A stretch of 48,944 nt of DNA from Candidatus Gottesmanbacteria bacterium RIFCSPLOWO2_01_FULL_49_10 (GTDB taxonomy: Bacteria; Patescibacteriota; Microgenomatia; UBA10105; UBA927). Of the stretch, positions 24,576 through 33,897 are shown in pieces; the first letter of the stretch is position 1; every line of letters begins with the position of its first letter. The DNA lies in NCBI GenBank assembly GCA_001781025.1, contig MFJZ01000058.1, positions 34,583 through 83,526 on the forward strand. Reading direction: 5' to 3'. The notes under the pieces were generated by a model, which had not been told where the DNA came from, did not search any database, and saw nothing but the letters and a program-made list of their open reading frames with translations. A program made the translations under genes and the position numbers.

Positions 24576-27206
24576 TTAATCATTATTGGGAGGCACAGAA
24601 TATGGAAGATAATCTTCGCTGTATCTGTATGTTGCAAATGGGTCAAGTCGTATGCGGCGTACACGAATAGATACGTTTTTCGGTGTTATGAGCCTAATAT
24701 TTGCCAGTTTTCGCTTGAGAAACTGCCCCTGTGCACTATAATAATCACTCTCGAGTAGCTCAAAACGCATCTCGTGCGGCATACTGTCGGTGAACATCGG
24801 TATATAGAGTGTTGTATCCGCCATAGGCGCAGTATTATCCGGATTAGTAGCCCATATAACCTTCATCCAGCTCGTCGCCATTTGTGACGTTAATAGTGGG
24901 AAGTACCTCTCGGCAACTTTATCCCAAAGCATATACACATCATCATATAACTCGGGTACATGCTGGTAATACCTGGAAATACTTACTGTCTCAGGAAATA
25001 ATGGAACGAACTCGTTGATGATAAGCAATTGCCGGTATGCTGTTTCATCCACCCAAAGTCGAAGGTATCGTCCAACAACTGGTTTCGGGAAAACATCAAT
25101 TTTACTTTTCTCCTCATTGCGTTTTACTCCCACTACCTGCTCCCATGTTTTACCGTCGCGGGACACATCGTAATGATAATCCCGTGGTACTGCGTCAGCT
25201 TGTGAAAGGCTCGCCCAGGCGGCACCGACAAACGTCATCTGACTCCCCATGTCCAATACTATCCATGCCGGACGGCAATCTGACCACCAATAAGATCTGT
25301 TGCTCAAATTAGCATCCAGGGCTAGTTCTTTTCTAAAATCATAAAACGGCTCTCTTTCATCTCCTATGGTTTGACAAACTGAAATACGCACATCTGACAA
25401 AAGTGAGGCTAACTTTGAAGAAAAGGCGGATAATGCCTGGACCTGTTGATCGTCCTTTAAGATTGCTGACGAACTTGCAAGAGAGGGAGACGCCTCGTAC
25501 TCGACAGTAAGATTGTAGCGAAAGTCAACCGGGTAGGTATTGGTGGTATCTACAATTACCGCGCCACCAGTGGCAATGGTAAATGAAAGATCAATAGGTG
25601 TAAGCGCGGACACTATCTCTCTTACACTCTGCGTATGATCCCGTACTCCCCGGTCAACTGAATAATCAATGAAGTGTACATACGGTGCCCATGCTACCTT
25701 CTGGAACAGGGCTTTAAGAAGGTAATACATTTCGGATCGCACCCAGAGAGGAGGAAGTTTTTTGATATTTGGATAATATATTGGGTAGATATACGAAAGT
25801 TCGCCAATAAAATCATTTAACCCGTGGCTCCCCTTGAACGCGAAAAATCTGTCGTCAGATGTAAGCGACGGAAACGTCTTCAAAAATGTCCGGTAAAATA
25901 TGATCGCCGGCAAACTATTCTGGCGATACATTTGTTCTTCAATACCCAGCAAAAGAACGGTGTTCACTGCAATGTAGGTTACGAGCAGTACGATACCAAT
26001 CGTAGGACTCTTTGCCCACTGGAATTTTCGCTGTTTCCTGCTGAATGAAGTAAAAAAATTATAGAAAAAAATACTGAGTCCTGCGGCAAAAAAAGTAAAT
26101 CCTAAATACCTCCAGCGATTCTCGCTCCATCCATATGCAGTTGCCAAAAAGCTGTCTTTCATTGTCCAGGCAAAAGCATAGAAAAGCGTCACCGCAGTAA
26201 AGGAAAAAAAACAAAACCAAATATATATACTATACCGATGTTTCCTCAATCGATACACCGCGTAATAAAATATCGCATAGAGGATCCATCCAACAAACGC
26301 AAAAAAGTACGTTCGGACAAATAAGAATGGTAAAAAACGGAGTACGATATCACGAATAAGATTAAGCATTGGATATGGTATGACATACGGGCCTATGAAA
26401 TAGCCAAATGCCAAAAGCCCCCGCCAAATGTATTCAAAGTAGCGGTGTTCATGAAAAAGAAGGATTCTAAACTGCACGCGTTCATCAATAAAATCATGTC
26501 CTGACCCTCCGTAAGAGGACCGCAATATCAAGTACCCAATACCGATAATCCATACAATAAAATGGCGACGAATAACCTGTGCGAGGATTTGCAGCCATGC
26601 TTTGGGCTTCTTTATAAAAATTTTCTCATAAAACAATGCATCGAATAGAAACAGCAACGCGAGAAATAGAAGCCCGGATTCCCGAATGACAAGAGACAAA
26701 AAAAATGCGATAAGCATAACTACATACCAACCGTTTCGTTTGGATGTCAAATAGATATCAAAAGCCCATAGCCCCGTATAAAAACACAGCGTTTGTACGG
26801 CATAGAGAGACTCAAAGGCTCCCCAGGTAATGACATCATGATGCGCCGTCGTAATGAGAAACAATAATCCGGCGACGAGTCCGACTGTACGGTTGGTTTT
26901 TCGGGAAACAAAAAGGTTAACCACCATTGCAGTCACGATATGAAACACGAGTGCCGTCGCAAACCATCCTACAGGGCGCCAGCCAAAAAGCAGGTTATTC
27001 ATGTATGAAATAAGTCCATGACTTTTCATGAGGCTAATAAGAGAGAAATTACCACCCATGAGGCCCAACCAAGATGTTTCCCAACCGTGATAAAACCAAA
27101 AGGAAAAAATTTTGTGAAACGCTATGAGCGCAAGGAGTCCGAACAGCAACCATTGCCAAACAGCATTATCGCGTACCCGCTGAAAAATGGGGAAAAATAA
27201 TTTCAT
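24576..27206 (-). CDS. Polytopic membrane protein (GT-C-like N-terminal half) fused to an extracytoplasmic region containing a discoidin (F5/8 type C) domain
   Basis: About 430 aa carry many hydrophobic helices, for example 'WQWLLFGLLALIAF', 'VGLVAGLLFLITTAHHD' and 'VVMLIAFFLSLVIRESGLLFLALLFLF'. A soluble C-terminal half follows, containing the discoidin-like segment listed separately. Confidence 0.7.
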   Translation of the reverse strand: MKLFFPIFQRVRDNAVWQWLLFGLLALIAFHKIFSFWFYHGWETSWLGLMGGNFSLISLMKSHGLISYMNNLLFGWRPVGWFATALVFHIVTAMVVNLFVSRKTNRTVGLVAGLLFLITTAHHDVITWGAFESLYAVQTLCFYTGLWAFDIYLTSKRNGWYVVMLIAFFLSLVIRESGLLFLALLFLFDALFYEKIFIKKPKAWLQILAQVIRRHFIVWIIGIGYLILRSSYGGSGHDFIDERVQFRILLFHEHRYFEYIWRGLLAFGYFIGPYVIPYPMLNLIRDIVLRFLPFLFVRTYFFAFVGWILYAIFYYAVYRLRKHRYSIYIWFCFFSFTAVTLFYAFAWTMKDSFLATAYGWSENRWRYLGFTFFAAGLSIFFYNFFTSFSRKQRKFQWAKSPTIGIVLLVTYIAVNTVLLLGIEEQMYRQNSLPAIIFYRTFLKTFPSLTSDDRFFAFKGSHGLNDFIGELSYIYPIYYPNIKKLPPLWVRSEMYYLLKALFQKVAWAPYVHFIDYSVDRGVRDHTQSVREIVSALTPIDLSFTIATGGAVIVDTTNTYPVDFRYNLTVEYEASPSLASSSAILKDDQQVQALSAFSSKLASLLSDVRISVCQTIGDEREPFYDFRKELALDANLSNRSYWWSDCRPAWIVLDMGSQMTFVGAAWASLSQADAVPRDYHYDVSRDGKTWEQVVGVKRNEEKSKIDVFPKPVVGRYLRLWVDETAYRQLLIINEFVPLFPETVSISRYYQHVPELYDDVYMLWDKVAERYFPLLTSQMATSWMKVIWATNPDNTAPMADTTLYIPMFTDSMPHEMRFELLESDYYSAQGQFLKRKLANIRLITPKNVSIRVRRIRLDPFATYRYSEDYLPYSVPPNND
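25008..25307 (-). other. Discoidin / F5-8 type C-like carbohydrate-binding domain within CDS 24576..27206 (aa ~634-733)
   Basis: 'YWWSDCRPAWIVLDMGSQMTFVGAAWASL...YHYDVSRDGKTWEQVV...VVGRYLRLWVDE...LLIINEF' follows the bacterial discoidin consensus (W..., wi.vDLG, y.i.vS.DG..W, aRYvRl, i.Ef). Confidence 0.6.
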
Positions 27207-27227
27207 ATGGATGAAAACTTACCATTG

Positions 27228-27233
27228 ATTATA
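27228..27233 (-). promoter_or_regulatory. TATAAT box (minus strand) upstream of the GT-C/discoidin gene
   Basis: The plus-strand 'attata' at 27228-27233 reads TATAAT on the minus strand, 21 nt upstream of ATG 27206. It lies in a divergent arrangement with the box at 27246-27254. Confidence 0.3.
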
Positions 27234-27245
27234 GTCCATGGTACT

Positions 27246-27254
27246 TGATAGAAT
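27246..27254 (+). promoter_or_regulatory. Extended -10 box TGATAGAAT upstream of the DPM1-like GT2 gene
   Basis: It ends 7 nt before ATG 27262. Confidence 0.35.
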
Positions 27255-27261
27255 CAACAAA

Positions 27262-27939
27262 ATGAAACTATCTATTATTATTCCCGCCTACAACAGCCAT
27301 GACCGGCTACCGGAGCTTGTAGAAAATATTCAGAAAGTTAAATTTAAAGGCGTAACTACAGAAATTATCGTTGTAGATGATTGTTCTATCGACAAAACTT
27401 ACGAAATCGCTAAGTCAATGAAAGGCATAACACTTGTTCGACATAAAACAAATACAGGGAAAGGTGGCGCTGTCAAAACCGGGCTCGCCAAAGGCAAAGG
27501 CGACATCCTCTATATTCAGGATGATGATCTGGAATATGATCCTATTGATATTCCTCTAATTATTGAGCCAATTTTGTCCAAAAAAGCAGACGTATGCTTC
27601 GGATCACGTCATATGAATCATCAAAACACGTATTCATCTCTCGCCTATTATCTAGGCGGAATTTTCATAGATACTCTCATAAATCTCTATTTAAAATCCA
27701 ATATTACTGACGCTCTGACCGGCGCGAAAGCATTTACAAAAAAAGTGTACAAGGCTATCCAACCAATAGAATCAAAGGGATTTGAAATTGAAACTGAAAT
27801 AGCAGCAAAAGCGGTGAAATATCATTTCAGAATAACAGAAGTCCCCATACACTACTGGCCACGGACACATCGACAGGGAAAAAACATTCATTGGCATCAT
27901 GCATTCCACATCCTGTGGGCACTAGTCAGATTTGCATAA
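27262..27939 (+). CDS. DPM1/GtrB-like family-2 glycosyltransferase (candidate polyprenyl-phosphate sugar synthase), no C-terminal TM pair
   Basis: Contains 'MKLSIIIPAYNS...EIIVVDDCSIDKT...NTGKGGAVKTGL...IQDDDLEYDP...GSRH'. Its homologues in the window are 33199..33885 and 37109..37798. ATG 27262 is preferred over ATG 27238 because the paralogues start the same way and a TGnTAGAAT box lies 7 nt upstream. Confidence 0.8.
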   Translation: MKLSIIIPAYNSHDRLPELVENIQKVKFKGVTTEIIVVDDCSIDKTYEIAKSMKGITLVRHKTNTGKGGAVKTGLAKGKGDILYIQDDDLEYDPIDIPLIIEPILSKKADVCFGSRHMNHQNTYSSLAYYLGGIFIDTLINLYLKSNITDALTGAKAFTKKVYKAIQPIESKGFEIETEIAAKAVKYHFRITEVPIHYWPRTHRQGKNIHWHHAFHILWALVRFA

Positions 27940-27944
27940 AGCTC

Positions 27945-28880
27945 CTATTCCTTACCTAAATAGCGCCTATACCAGGAAATTGTTTGTAGTAATCCTTCTG
28001 AAAGTTGTATGGTGGGTTCCCATCCAAGAATCTTTTTTGCTTTTGTCCAGTTGACGTACTGCTCTGCTATCTCCTGATCTCTTCCTTTCCCGCCTATAGC
28101 TATTTTCGCCTGAACGCCGGACAACCGTATTATGGTAAGCATCAAATCCCGGACAGAAATAACACCCCCGGTTCCAAAATTAAATATACGGTTCTTATCT
28201 AGAGTAGTATCCCCTATTTGAGCAAGCAATATAAATGCATGTATCGCGTCATCGATAAATAGAAAATCTCGTATTGCGCTGCCACCCCAAAGCGAGGGGT
28301 TTTGACCGAATAAAACGGACCGGATAGTTTTCGGTATCAACCGGGAAAAATTCGTGTCGCCGGGCCCATAAATGTTCACAAACCTTGGTATTAAAACCGG
28401 AAGGTGGTAGCTGTCAGCATACGATTGGGCTATAAGGTCTGCACACGTTTTAGATGTTTCATAGGGACGTGAAGGTCTCGGAGAAATATCTTCAGTCGTA
28501 GGGGGCTTTGCATCACCATACACCTGAACAGTGGAGGAAACTACTACACGCGCTACATGGTATATTTTACTTAACTCCAATATATTAAGCGTCCCAAGAA
28601 TATTGTTTTGAAACGTCCTATACGGAGACTCTTTACCCTCCTCAACTAGGGCTTCTCCGGCTAAATGAAAACAGGCAAATAGATTTCGTGGGGAAAAGAG
28701 AACTTCAAGCTTGCGCTTGCTTGCGACATCCGCTGCGATAATACCTTGCCTGTGTACGATTCGTGAGACAGCTACAACAATTGCGCCTTCTTCCCGGAGT
28801 TTCGTCGAAAGGGCAGTTCCTAAAAATCCGCCTGCGCCGGTCACCAATACCTTTTTGCCTTTCCAAAAATGCGATTTCAT
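27945..28880 (-). CDS. Extended-SDR NAD-dependent epimerase/dehydratase
   Basis: Contains 'VLVTGAGGFLGTAL', 'VVSSTVQVYGD' and 'RPYETSKTCADL' (YxxxK). Confidence 0.8.
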   Translation of the reverse strand: MKSHFWKGKKVLVTGAGGFLGTALSTKLREEGAIVVAVSRIVHRQGIIAADVASKRKLEVLFSPRNLFACFHLAGEALVEEGKESPYRTFQNNILGTLNILELSKIYHVARVVVSSTVQVYGDAKPPTTEDISPRPSRPYETSKTCADLIAQSYADSYHLPVLIPRFVNIYGPGDTNFSRLIPKTIRSVLFGQNPSLWGGSAIRDFLFIDDAIHAFILLAQIGDTTLDKNRIFNFGTGGVISVRDLMLTIIRLSGVQAKIAIGGKGRDQEIAEQYVNWTKAKKILGWEPTIQLSEGLLQTISWYRRYLGKE

Positions 28881-28917
28881 TTTTTTCCTTCAAAGCGACC
28901 GTATCCATCGGGTTGCT

Positions 28918-30027
28918 TCATGATTCCAAAAACTTCACGAATGCTGCATAACTTTTTTCCCAAGTAAATTGACGGCTTCGTCCACGCGCCTCTATGGCAA
29001 GGCCATCGGAAAACTTCTTGTCTTTGATAATCCGTCGCATTGCCCCGGCGAGTTCTTCTGCCGTCGGGTCCGAGGAAATCACGAGTCCCGTCTTACCGGC
29101 AACCACCGAATCGCGAAGGCCACTGACATCCGTGACAATCGCAGGCGTCCCGCATGCTGCCGCTTCTGTCACCACCATGCCCCATCCTTCTTTCACTGAC
29201 GGCAACAGGAGAGCCCAGGCTTGCTGCATAAACCAGACTTTTTTGTCTTTTGTGTTTTTGGCAAAAAAAAGCGTATCTTTGTTGACTAATGATACATTTG
29301 CTTCAAGATTTAACATCTGTATCAATTTCAGCTGTTTTTGCTCCATCGGCCCGTACCCAAGGATAGCTAGTTTTGCCTTCGGATATGTATCTACCACTAG
29401 CCGCATCGCACGTATACACAAATCCGGCCGCTTCATACGCGTCAACCTAGCCACAAAAATAAACAGCGGATTTTGGGATTTTTTGCCCGGCTTATATCGT
29501 AAATGGTCAATGCCTAATGGGAATACATGCACGTTTCGCTCTCGGATACCAAATGTCGCGAGATCTATTTTCGTACTTGTGGAGTAGCAGAGTACTTGCG
29601 TATCTTTATACGTCAAATATTCGAACCGCTCAAAAACATAGGTGAACCAGGAAAATGGAAATGGCAGTTCATAAAAGAATACTTCTTTCGCAAGTTGATT
29701 GACGAGCATCACTCGATTTCCAACCGGCACATAGAGCGGTGTCTGCCAACAGAGCGTGTTGACACAATCAATAACTTTATCGGGTTTTCTGGCAAGCGAC
29801 CGGTAATACCGGTAGGCTTCCCAATAGACGGAGAACTTGCCACCCCGTCTAATAATATTGACACCATCATACGCGTCATGTTCTTTACTTCCTGAAAACC
29901 GACGGGTAAACCACATCACATGATGGCCATTTGCTGCTAAGCGTTTGGCGAGCTCATATACTATGATCTCCGCCCCTCCAACATCCGGATTCTTGAGATC
30001 CTTCCAGCTAAGAAAGAGAATATCCAT
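28918..30027 (-). CDS. GT4-family (GT-B) glycosyltransferase
   Basis: Contains 'MDILFLSWKDLKNPDVGGAEI' and 'LLLPSVKEGWGMVVTEAAACGTPAIVTDVSGLRDSV' (EX7E-type motif). ATG 30027 was chosen because the ORF-track extension overlaps the upstream gene. Confidence 0.85.
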   Translation of the reverse strand: MDILFLSWKDLKNPDVGGAEIIVYELAKRLAANGHHVMWFTRRFSGSKEHDAYDGVNIIRRGGKFSVYWEAYRYYRSLARKPDKVIDCVNTLCWQTPLYVPVGNRVMLVNQLAKEVFFYELPFPFSWFTYVFERFEYLTYKDTQVLCYSTSTKIDLATFGIRERNVHVFPLGIDHLRYKPGKKSQNPLFIFVARLTRMKRPDLCIRAMRLVVDTYPKAKLAILGYGPMEQKQLKLIQMLNLEANVSLVNKDTLFFAKNTKDKKVWFMQQAWALLLPSVKEGWGMVVTEAAACGTPAIVTDVSGLRDSVVAGKTGLVISSDPTAEELAGAMRRIIKDKKFSDGLAIEARGRSRQFTWEKSYAAFVKFLES

Positions 30028-30031
30028 GAAA

Positions 30032-31057
30032 TTAGGTAAATAGAGCAGCGTTTGAGGTAACCCATTGGTAAAGCCTGGCAATTCCGTTTTTCACCCCCAT
30101 GGTAGGTACCCAACCAAAATCATGTTGTGCTTTTCGGATATCTGATATAAAAACTTTCTGATCTCCTTGCCGCCACTCGTGAAATGACGAAGCTACGGTA
30201 CGACCAAATAGCCCGTTGAGCATCGGACCGAACTCTGACCAAACAGACATCGTATTATTCGACCCTCCACCAATATTATAGATTTCACCGCGAGTTTTCT
30301 CTCCAGCTTGGTATGCTTTGTCAAACGCGCCAATGAGGTCATCCACAAAAAGCAAGTCACGCACCTGTTTACCGTCCCCATAGATAGATAATGGAATCCC
30401 GATCGTTTGGGCGATAATAAACCAAGCGACCCACCCCTGATCTTCCACGCCAAATTGACGGGGGCCATAGATACATGACTGCCGCATGACGACCGTGTCG
30501 AGCCCGTAAATCCTTCCGTAGTCATGTACATACTGATCCGCAGCCCCCTTGCTGCATCCATATGGCGAATGGAAGTCAAGACCCCTGTCCTCACCCACAC
30601 CAAAGGGCAAATTCTTATACGCCCAGCGCGTCTCCTCTTCCACCACTTCAACATCCTCCATACCCCCATATACTTTATTGGTGGAAGAATAAATGAATTT
30701 CGCTTTTGTTTTCGACGCGCGCGCTGCCTCGAGCACATTGAAGGTGCCGCGAGCGTTTATATCAAAATCTTCCCGAGGACTAGCGACTGAAGTAGTCACC
30801 GCGACCTGTGCAGCCAGGTGGAGCAGCAAATCGGCTGATGCTATAGATGTATGTACACCGTCCAGGTCTTTAACATTACAAATGTCACCAATGGTTACGG
30901 ATAATTTTCCACCAAGCGTTTTGAGCCATTCAAGGTTTTTAGCTGCTCCCCTACGGGATAAGTTGTCCAAAATAACGACAGACGCGCCCCTTGACAAGTA
31001 ATACGCAGCTGCATTACTGCCGATAAACCCTGCTCCTCCGGTAATAAAAACATTCAT
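30032..31057 (-). CDS. CDP-paratose 2-epimerase (tyvelose epimerase)-like extended SDR
   Basis: Contains 'MNVFITGGAGFIGSN', 'ILDNLSRRGAAKNLEWLK', 'IYSSTNKVYG', 'LDFHSPYGCSKGAADQYVHDYGRIYGL', 'EDQGWVAWF' and 'GDGKQVRDLLFVDDL'. These track the Salmonella tyvelose epimerase sequence closely by eye. Confidence 0.85.
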   Translation of the reverse strand: MNVFITGGAGFIGSNAAAYYLSRGASVVILDNLSRRGAAKNLEWLKTLGGKLSVTIGDICNVKDLDGVHTSIASADLLLHLAAQVAVTTSVASPREDFDINARGTFNVLEAARASKTKAKFIYSSTNKVYGGMEDVEVVEEETRWAYKNLPFGVGEDRGLDFHSPYGCSKGAADQYVHDYGRIYGLDTVVMRQSCIYGPRQFGVEDQGWVAWFIIAQTIGIPLSIYGDGKQVRDLLFVDDLIGAFDKAYQAGEKTRGEIYNIGGGSNNTMSVWSEFGPMLNGLFGRTVASSFHEWRQGDQKVFISDIRKAQHDFGWVPTMGVKNGIARLYQWVTSNAALFT

Positions 31058-31137
31058 AATGATGATATCTAAAGAATAGCAGAGTATACGGCGCAAATCT
31101 ACCTGATCATTGCAGGATAAAATTTAGGAACGACCCC

Positions 31138-31941
31138 TTAGGGCAGCGCAATCTTAAAGTTGAGCTCCGGATCAAAACGCCATCTCCGTTTATTAACGTT
31201 ATCATAGTAGTGGAGGATACGAAGTCGATAAAAAACCGCCAGTGTATCCCATAGTGTTCGAAATATAATACGCCAAAAATTTTTCGATGTGATACTTGAA
31301 AATCCTGTAAATAATAGCTCCACAGGCGCCTCATAGATACGCGTATATCCTAAATGGTAGGCCACGGCAAGAATTTCTATATCAAACGCAAATTCCTTAA
31401 CCAAGAGCCTTGGTAATACATCTTCCAGTACCCGCCGTCGATACAACTTCAATCCCACCTGGGAATCCCTGATGTTGAGCACAAAAAGGACTTTTACAAG
31501 AATCTGATATCCCAATGAAAGAATTTTTCTAAACCACGGGTACTGCACCTTAGAAACAGGATGCCTTTTGCTTCCGACAATAATATCCGCGTTGTACCAC
31601 CGGAAATGTTCAAGCATCATTGATAAACCCTCTTCCTTGATGTCCCCTCCAGCGTCGATAAATCCGATGATATCTCCATGACTTTTAGCCATCCCAAAAC
31701 GCACAGCGTACCCTTTTCCGTGATTTGATTTGTAGCCGGTAACAAAAATGTGTGGTGATTTTACCTTTTCTGCTTCTTCCCGACTTCGATCTACTTCACC
31801 ATCTACGACAACAATAAGCTCATATGGTACAGGCAGATGAGCCAATTCCAAAAGGACAGAACGAAGCGATGCTGCGACGGTCTTTTCCTGGCGGTAGACA
31901 GGAATAATAAGCGATAACAGTTTTGGTCGATCACTTCGCAT
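31138..31941 (-). CDS. Family-2 glycosyltransferase, divergent DPM1-like
   Basis: Contains 'LLSLIIPVYRQEKTV...YELIVVVDGEVD...NHGKGYAVRFGM...IDAGGDI...VGSKRH'. It overlaps the flippase stop by 11 nt. Confidence 0.75.
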   Translation of the reverse strand: MRSDRPKLLSLIIPVYRQEKTVAASLRSVLLELAHLPVPYELIVVVDGEVDRSREEAEKVKSPHIFVTGYKSNHGKGYAVRFGMAKSHGDIIGFIDAGGDIKEEGLSMMLEHFRWYNADIIVGSKRHPVSKVQYPWFRKILSLGYQILVKVLFVLNIRDSQVGLKLYRRRVLEDVLPRLLVKEFAFDIEILAVAYHLGYTRIYEAPVELLFTGFSSITSKNFWRIIFRTLWDTLAVFYRLRILHYYDNVNKRRWRFDPELNFKIALP

Positions 31942-33193
31942 GGTTTTTCTCCATACCGTAGTATATCAAAAGAGCAAAAAATAGGACCGAGCTTACTCCG
32001 ATATTGACCGTAACCACTGAACGGAGGGACTCGTGATAGAGGGAAACCAATATCACGTGGAGAATGGCGGCACTTGCCGCGAATACCCACACGCGAGTTC
32101 TTCCGACGGCAAGACATACCTGAATAAGAAGGTATGACAGTGAAAAAAACGTCATGAAGAGCCCGAAGGAAAACATATAGGGCGCCGCATCGTCATAGAC
32201 CCTACCATAAAGAAGCCGAACGATAAACGTCGGGAATAACCCATACCCTAACGTAAGGATGACAGATATCGCTCCAACCGCAGCCAAACCCAACCACACC
32301 ATGTGACGGCGATCGGTTCCTTGCTCATGGTGCTCGGCAAGAACTGGAAAAAGAATGGTGCCGACGGTAAAGGAAGCATAGTAGATGATCTTGCCCAACA
32401 CAGAAAGCGCCGCATACAGTCCGGCGTCCGCGGCGGAAAGATAATGCTTGACTAAAACGACGTCCTGTGAATAGATTGCCGTAATCCCCAAAATCGCCAA
32501 AAATGTGGGGATCATATAGCGAACTGCGGGCATCATATCTATGGCAACAACAGCCTTCTTTTTTTGTAGGATAAACCCGATTGGCAAAAAATAGAGTGCA
32601 TAAACAACGATTCCCGTCACGGAGAACCCCACCATGGTCCATCCGACACCCAGGGGTGCCCCGATGGCCCCAAAAATAAGCCGGATTGCCGAAACGACGA
32701 TACCAAAAAGCGCGATCTGACGAAATCGCTGAAACCCCTGAAGCACCCCTATGTTAACGGTCGTGAGGACAAAAAAAACGAGACCCACGAAGAGCCAAAC
32801 CACGAGCCAAGGTGAACTCAATCGGAGATACTGTGTCAAGAACGGGACGAAGGGCAACGCGAGGACGAATAATATGGACGTAATAATCGCAAGATACGTT
32901 GTGGCAATGACAAAAAGCGACCGCGCCTTATCAAGTGACCCGGATGCTTTATACCCCGAAAAAAACTTCGTGAATGCAGTCAGGAGAACGAGGGCCGGGA
33001 CGTTCAGAATGTAGAGAAGCGATAGAAGTGCGCCGACCTCGCTATACGCTTCCTTTCCCAGTATTCTGCCGACCATAAGGTGGTAAAGATATGCGCCGAC
33101 GTTGGCAACCATGGTTCCGGAAAACATAAAAAATCCGTCTTTGGCCAAGCGGTGTGTCAAAAGCGATCTTCCGAATCGGATAATACGTTTCAT
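31931..33193 (-). CDS. MOP-superfamily oligosaccharide/polysaccharide flippase (Wzx-like)
   Basis: The protein is about 420 aa with about 12 hydrophobic helices. The N-terminus 'LAKDGFFMFSGTMVANVGAYLYHLMVGRILGKEAYSEVGALLSL' is typical of polysaccharide biosynthesis (Wzx/RfbX-type) proteins. ATG 33193 was chosen. Confidence 0.8.
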   Translation of the reverse strand: MKRIIRFGRSLLTHRLAKDGFFMFSGTMVANVGAYLYHLMVGRILGKEAYSEVGALLSLLYILNVPALVLLTAFTKFFSGYKASGSLDKARSLFVIATTYLAIITSILFVLALPFVPFLTQYLRLSSPWLVVWLFVGLVFFVLTTVNIGVLQGFQRFRQIALFGIVVSAIRLIFGAIGAPLGVGWTMVGFSVTGIVVYALYFLPIGFILQKKKAVVAIDMMPAVRYMIPTFLAILGITAIYSQDVVLVKHYLSAADAGLYAALSVLGKIIYYASFTVGTILFPVLAEHHEQGTDRRHMVWLGLAAVGAISVILTLGYGLFPTFIVRLLYGRVYDDAAPYMFSFGLFMTFFSLSYLLIQVCLAVGRTRVWVFAASAAILHVILVSLYHESLRSVVTVNIGVSSVLFFALLIYYGMEKNHAK

Positions 33194-33198
33194 GTGAG

Positions 33199-33885
33199 TT
33201 ACTCCGACAACCTGCACCGGAGAAGTGTCCAAAGCGCGACGACGCCATCGCGCCACGTCAACTTTTTCCCTTCCGAAAACTTGCGACCGAAGTAGGAAAT
33301 CGGTACCTCATAAATCTGGTGCCCGGCTTTAAGGACGTTAGCCGTAAATTCAGGTTCAAAATCAAACCGCCGCGCATGAATCGTCATATCGTCGACAACA
33401 CCACGCCTGAACGCTTTGTACCCTGTCTCCATGTCTGTAATGTTCGTATTAAAGAGAACATTGGTAACCAATGTCACAAACTTATTTCCCATCGCATAGA
33501 GGTACATCGTGGACAGATGCGGGCCTAAAAATCGCGACCCGTAGACGACCGTCACCCGCGTGTCGGCAAACGGCTCAAGAAGCTTGGGATAATCGGAAGG
33601 GTTATACTCGAGATCCGCATCTTGGAGAAGGATCACCTCTCCGTGTGCGCGCATCAAACCCTGGGCAACCGCAGCGCCTTTCCCCTGATTGAGAGGCATA
33701 CAAACGATGATTGCCTTCTTTTGCCATGATGCCAGAACCTCTGGAGTCTTATCGGTCGATCCGTCGTCGACCACGATTACCTGCCTTTTCCATCTGTCAA
33801 GTTTTACCGAAAAAACGCGCCTCAGCACTTCTCCGACGGTTGCGCCTTCGTTGTAAACGGGAATGATAATCGATACGGTGTTCAT
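33199..33885 (-). CDS. DPM1/GtrB-like family-2 glycosyltransferase (candidate polyprenyl-phosphate sugar synthase)
   Basis: Contains 'VSIIIPVYNEGATV...VIVVDDGSTDKT...NQGKGAAVAQGL...LQDADLEYNP...YGSRF...ITDMETGYKAF'. Confidence 0.85.
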   Translation of the reverse strand: MNTVSIIIPVYNEGATVGEVLRRVFSVKLDRWKRQVIVVDDGSTDKTPEVLASWQKKAIIVCMPLNQGKGAAVAQGLMRAHGEVILLQDADLEYNPSDYPKLLEPFADTRVTVVYGSRFLGPHLSTMYLYAMGNKFVTLVTNVLFNTNITDMETGYKAFRRGVVDDMTIHARRFDFEPEFTANVLKAGHQIYEVPISYFGRKFSEGKKLTWRDGVVALWTLLRCRLSE

Positions 33886-33897
33886 AGTATACTCGAA

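Noticed and set aside
28994-29587. 197-aa plus-strand ORF, with neighbours 28969..29199 and 29527..29895
   Set aside because: It is antisense to a GT4 gene with a clear EX7E motif in a relatively GC-rich block. Long shadow ORFs are expected there, and the translated sequence is Arg/Ser/Pro-rich with no domain signature.
30193-30738. 181-aa minus-strand ORF in an alternative frame of the tyvelose-epimerase-like gene
   Set aside because: The overlapping frame, 30032..31057, matches a known enzyme family end to end. The alternative frame is Arg-rich and shows no recognisable motif.
31803-33295. Several 68-105-aa ORFs on both strands within the flippase and GT2 genes (31803..32117, 32325..32642, 32751..33014, 33042..33248, 33080..33295)
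   Set aside because: They are shadow ORFs in the most GC-rich part of the window. They are fully contained in well-supported genes.
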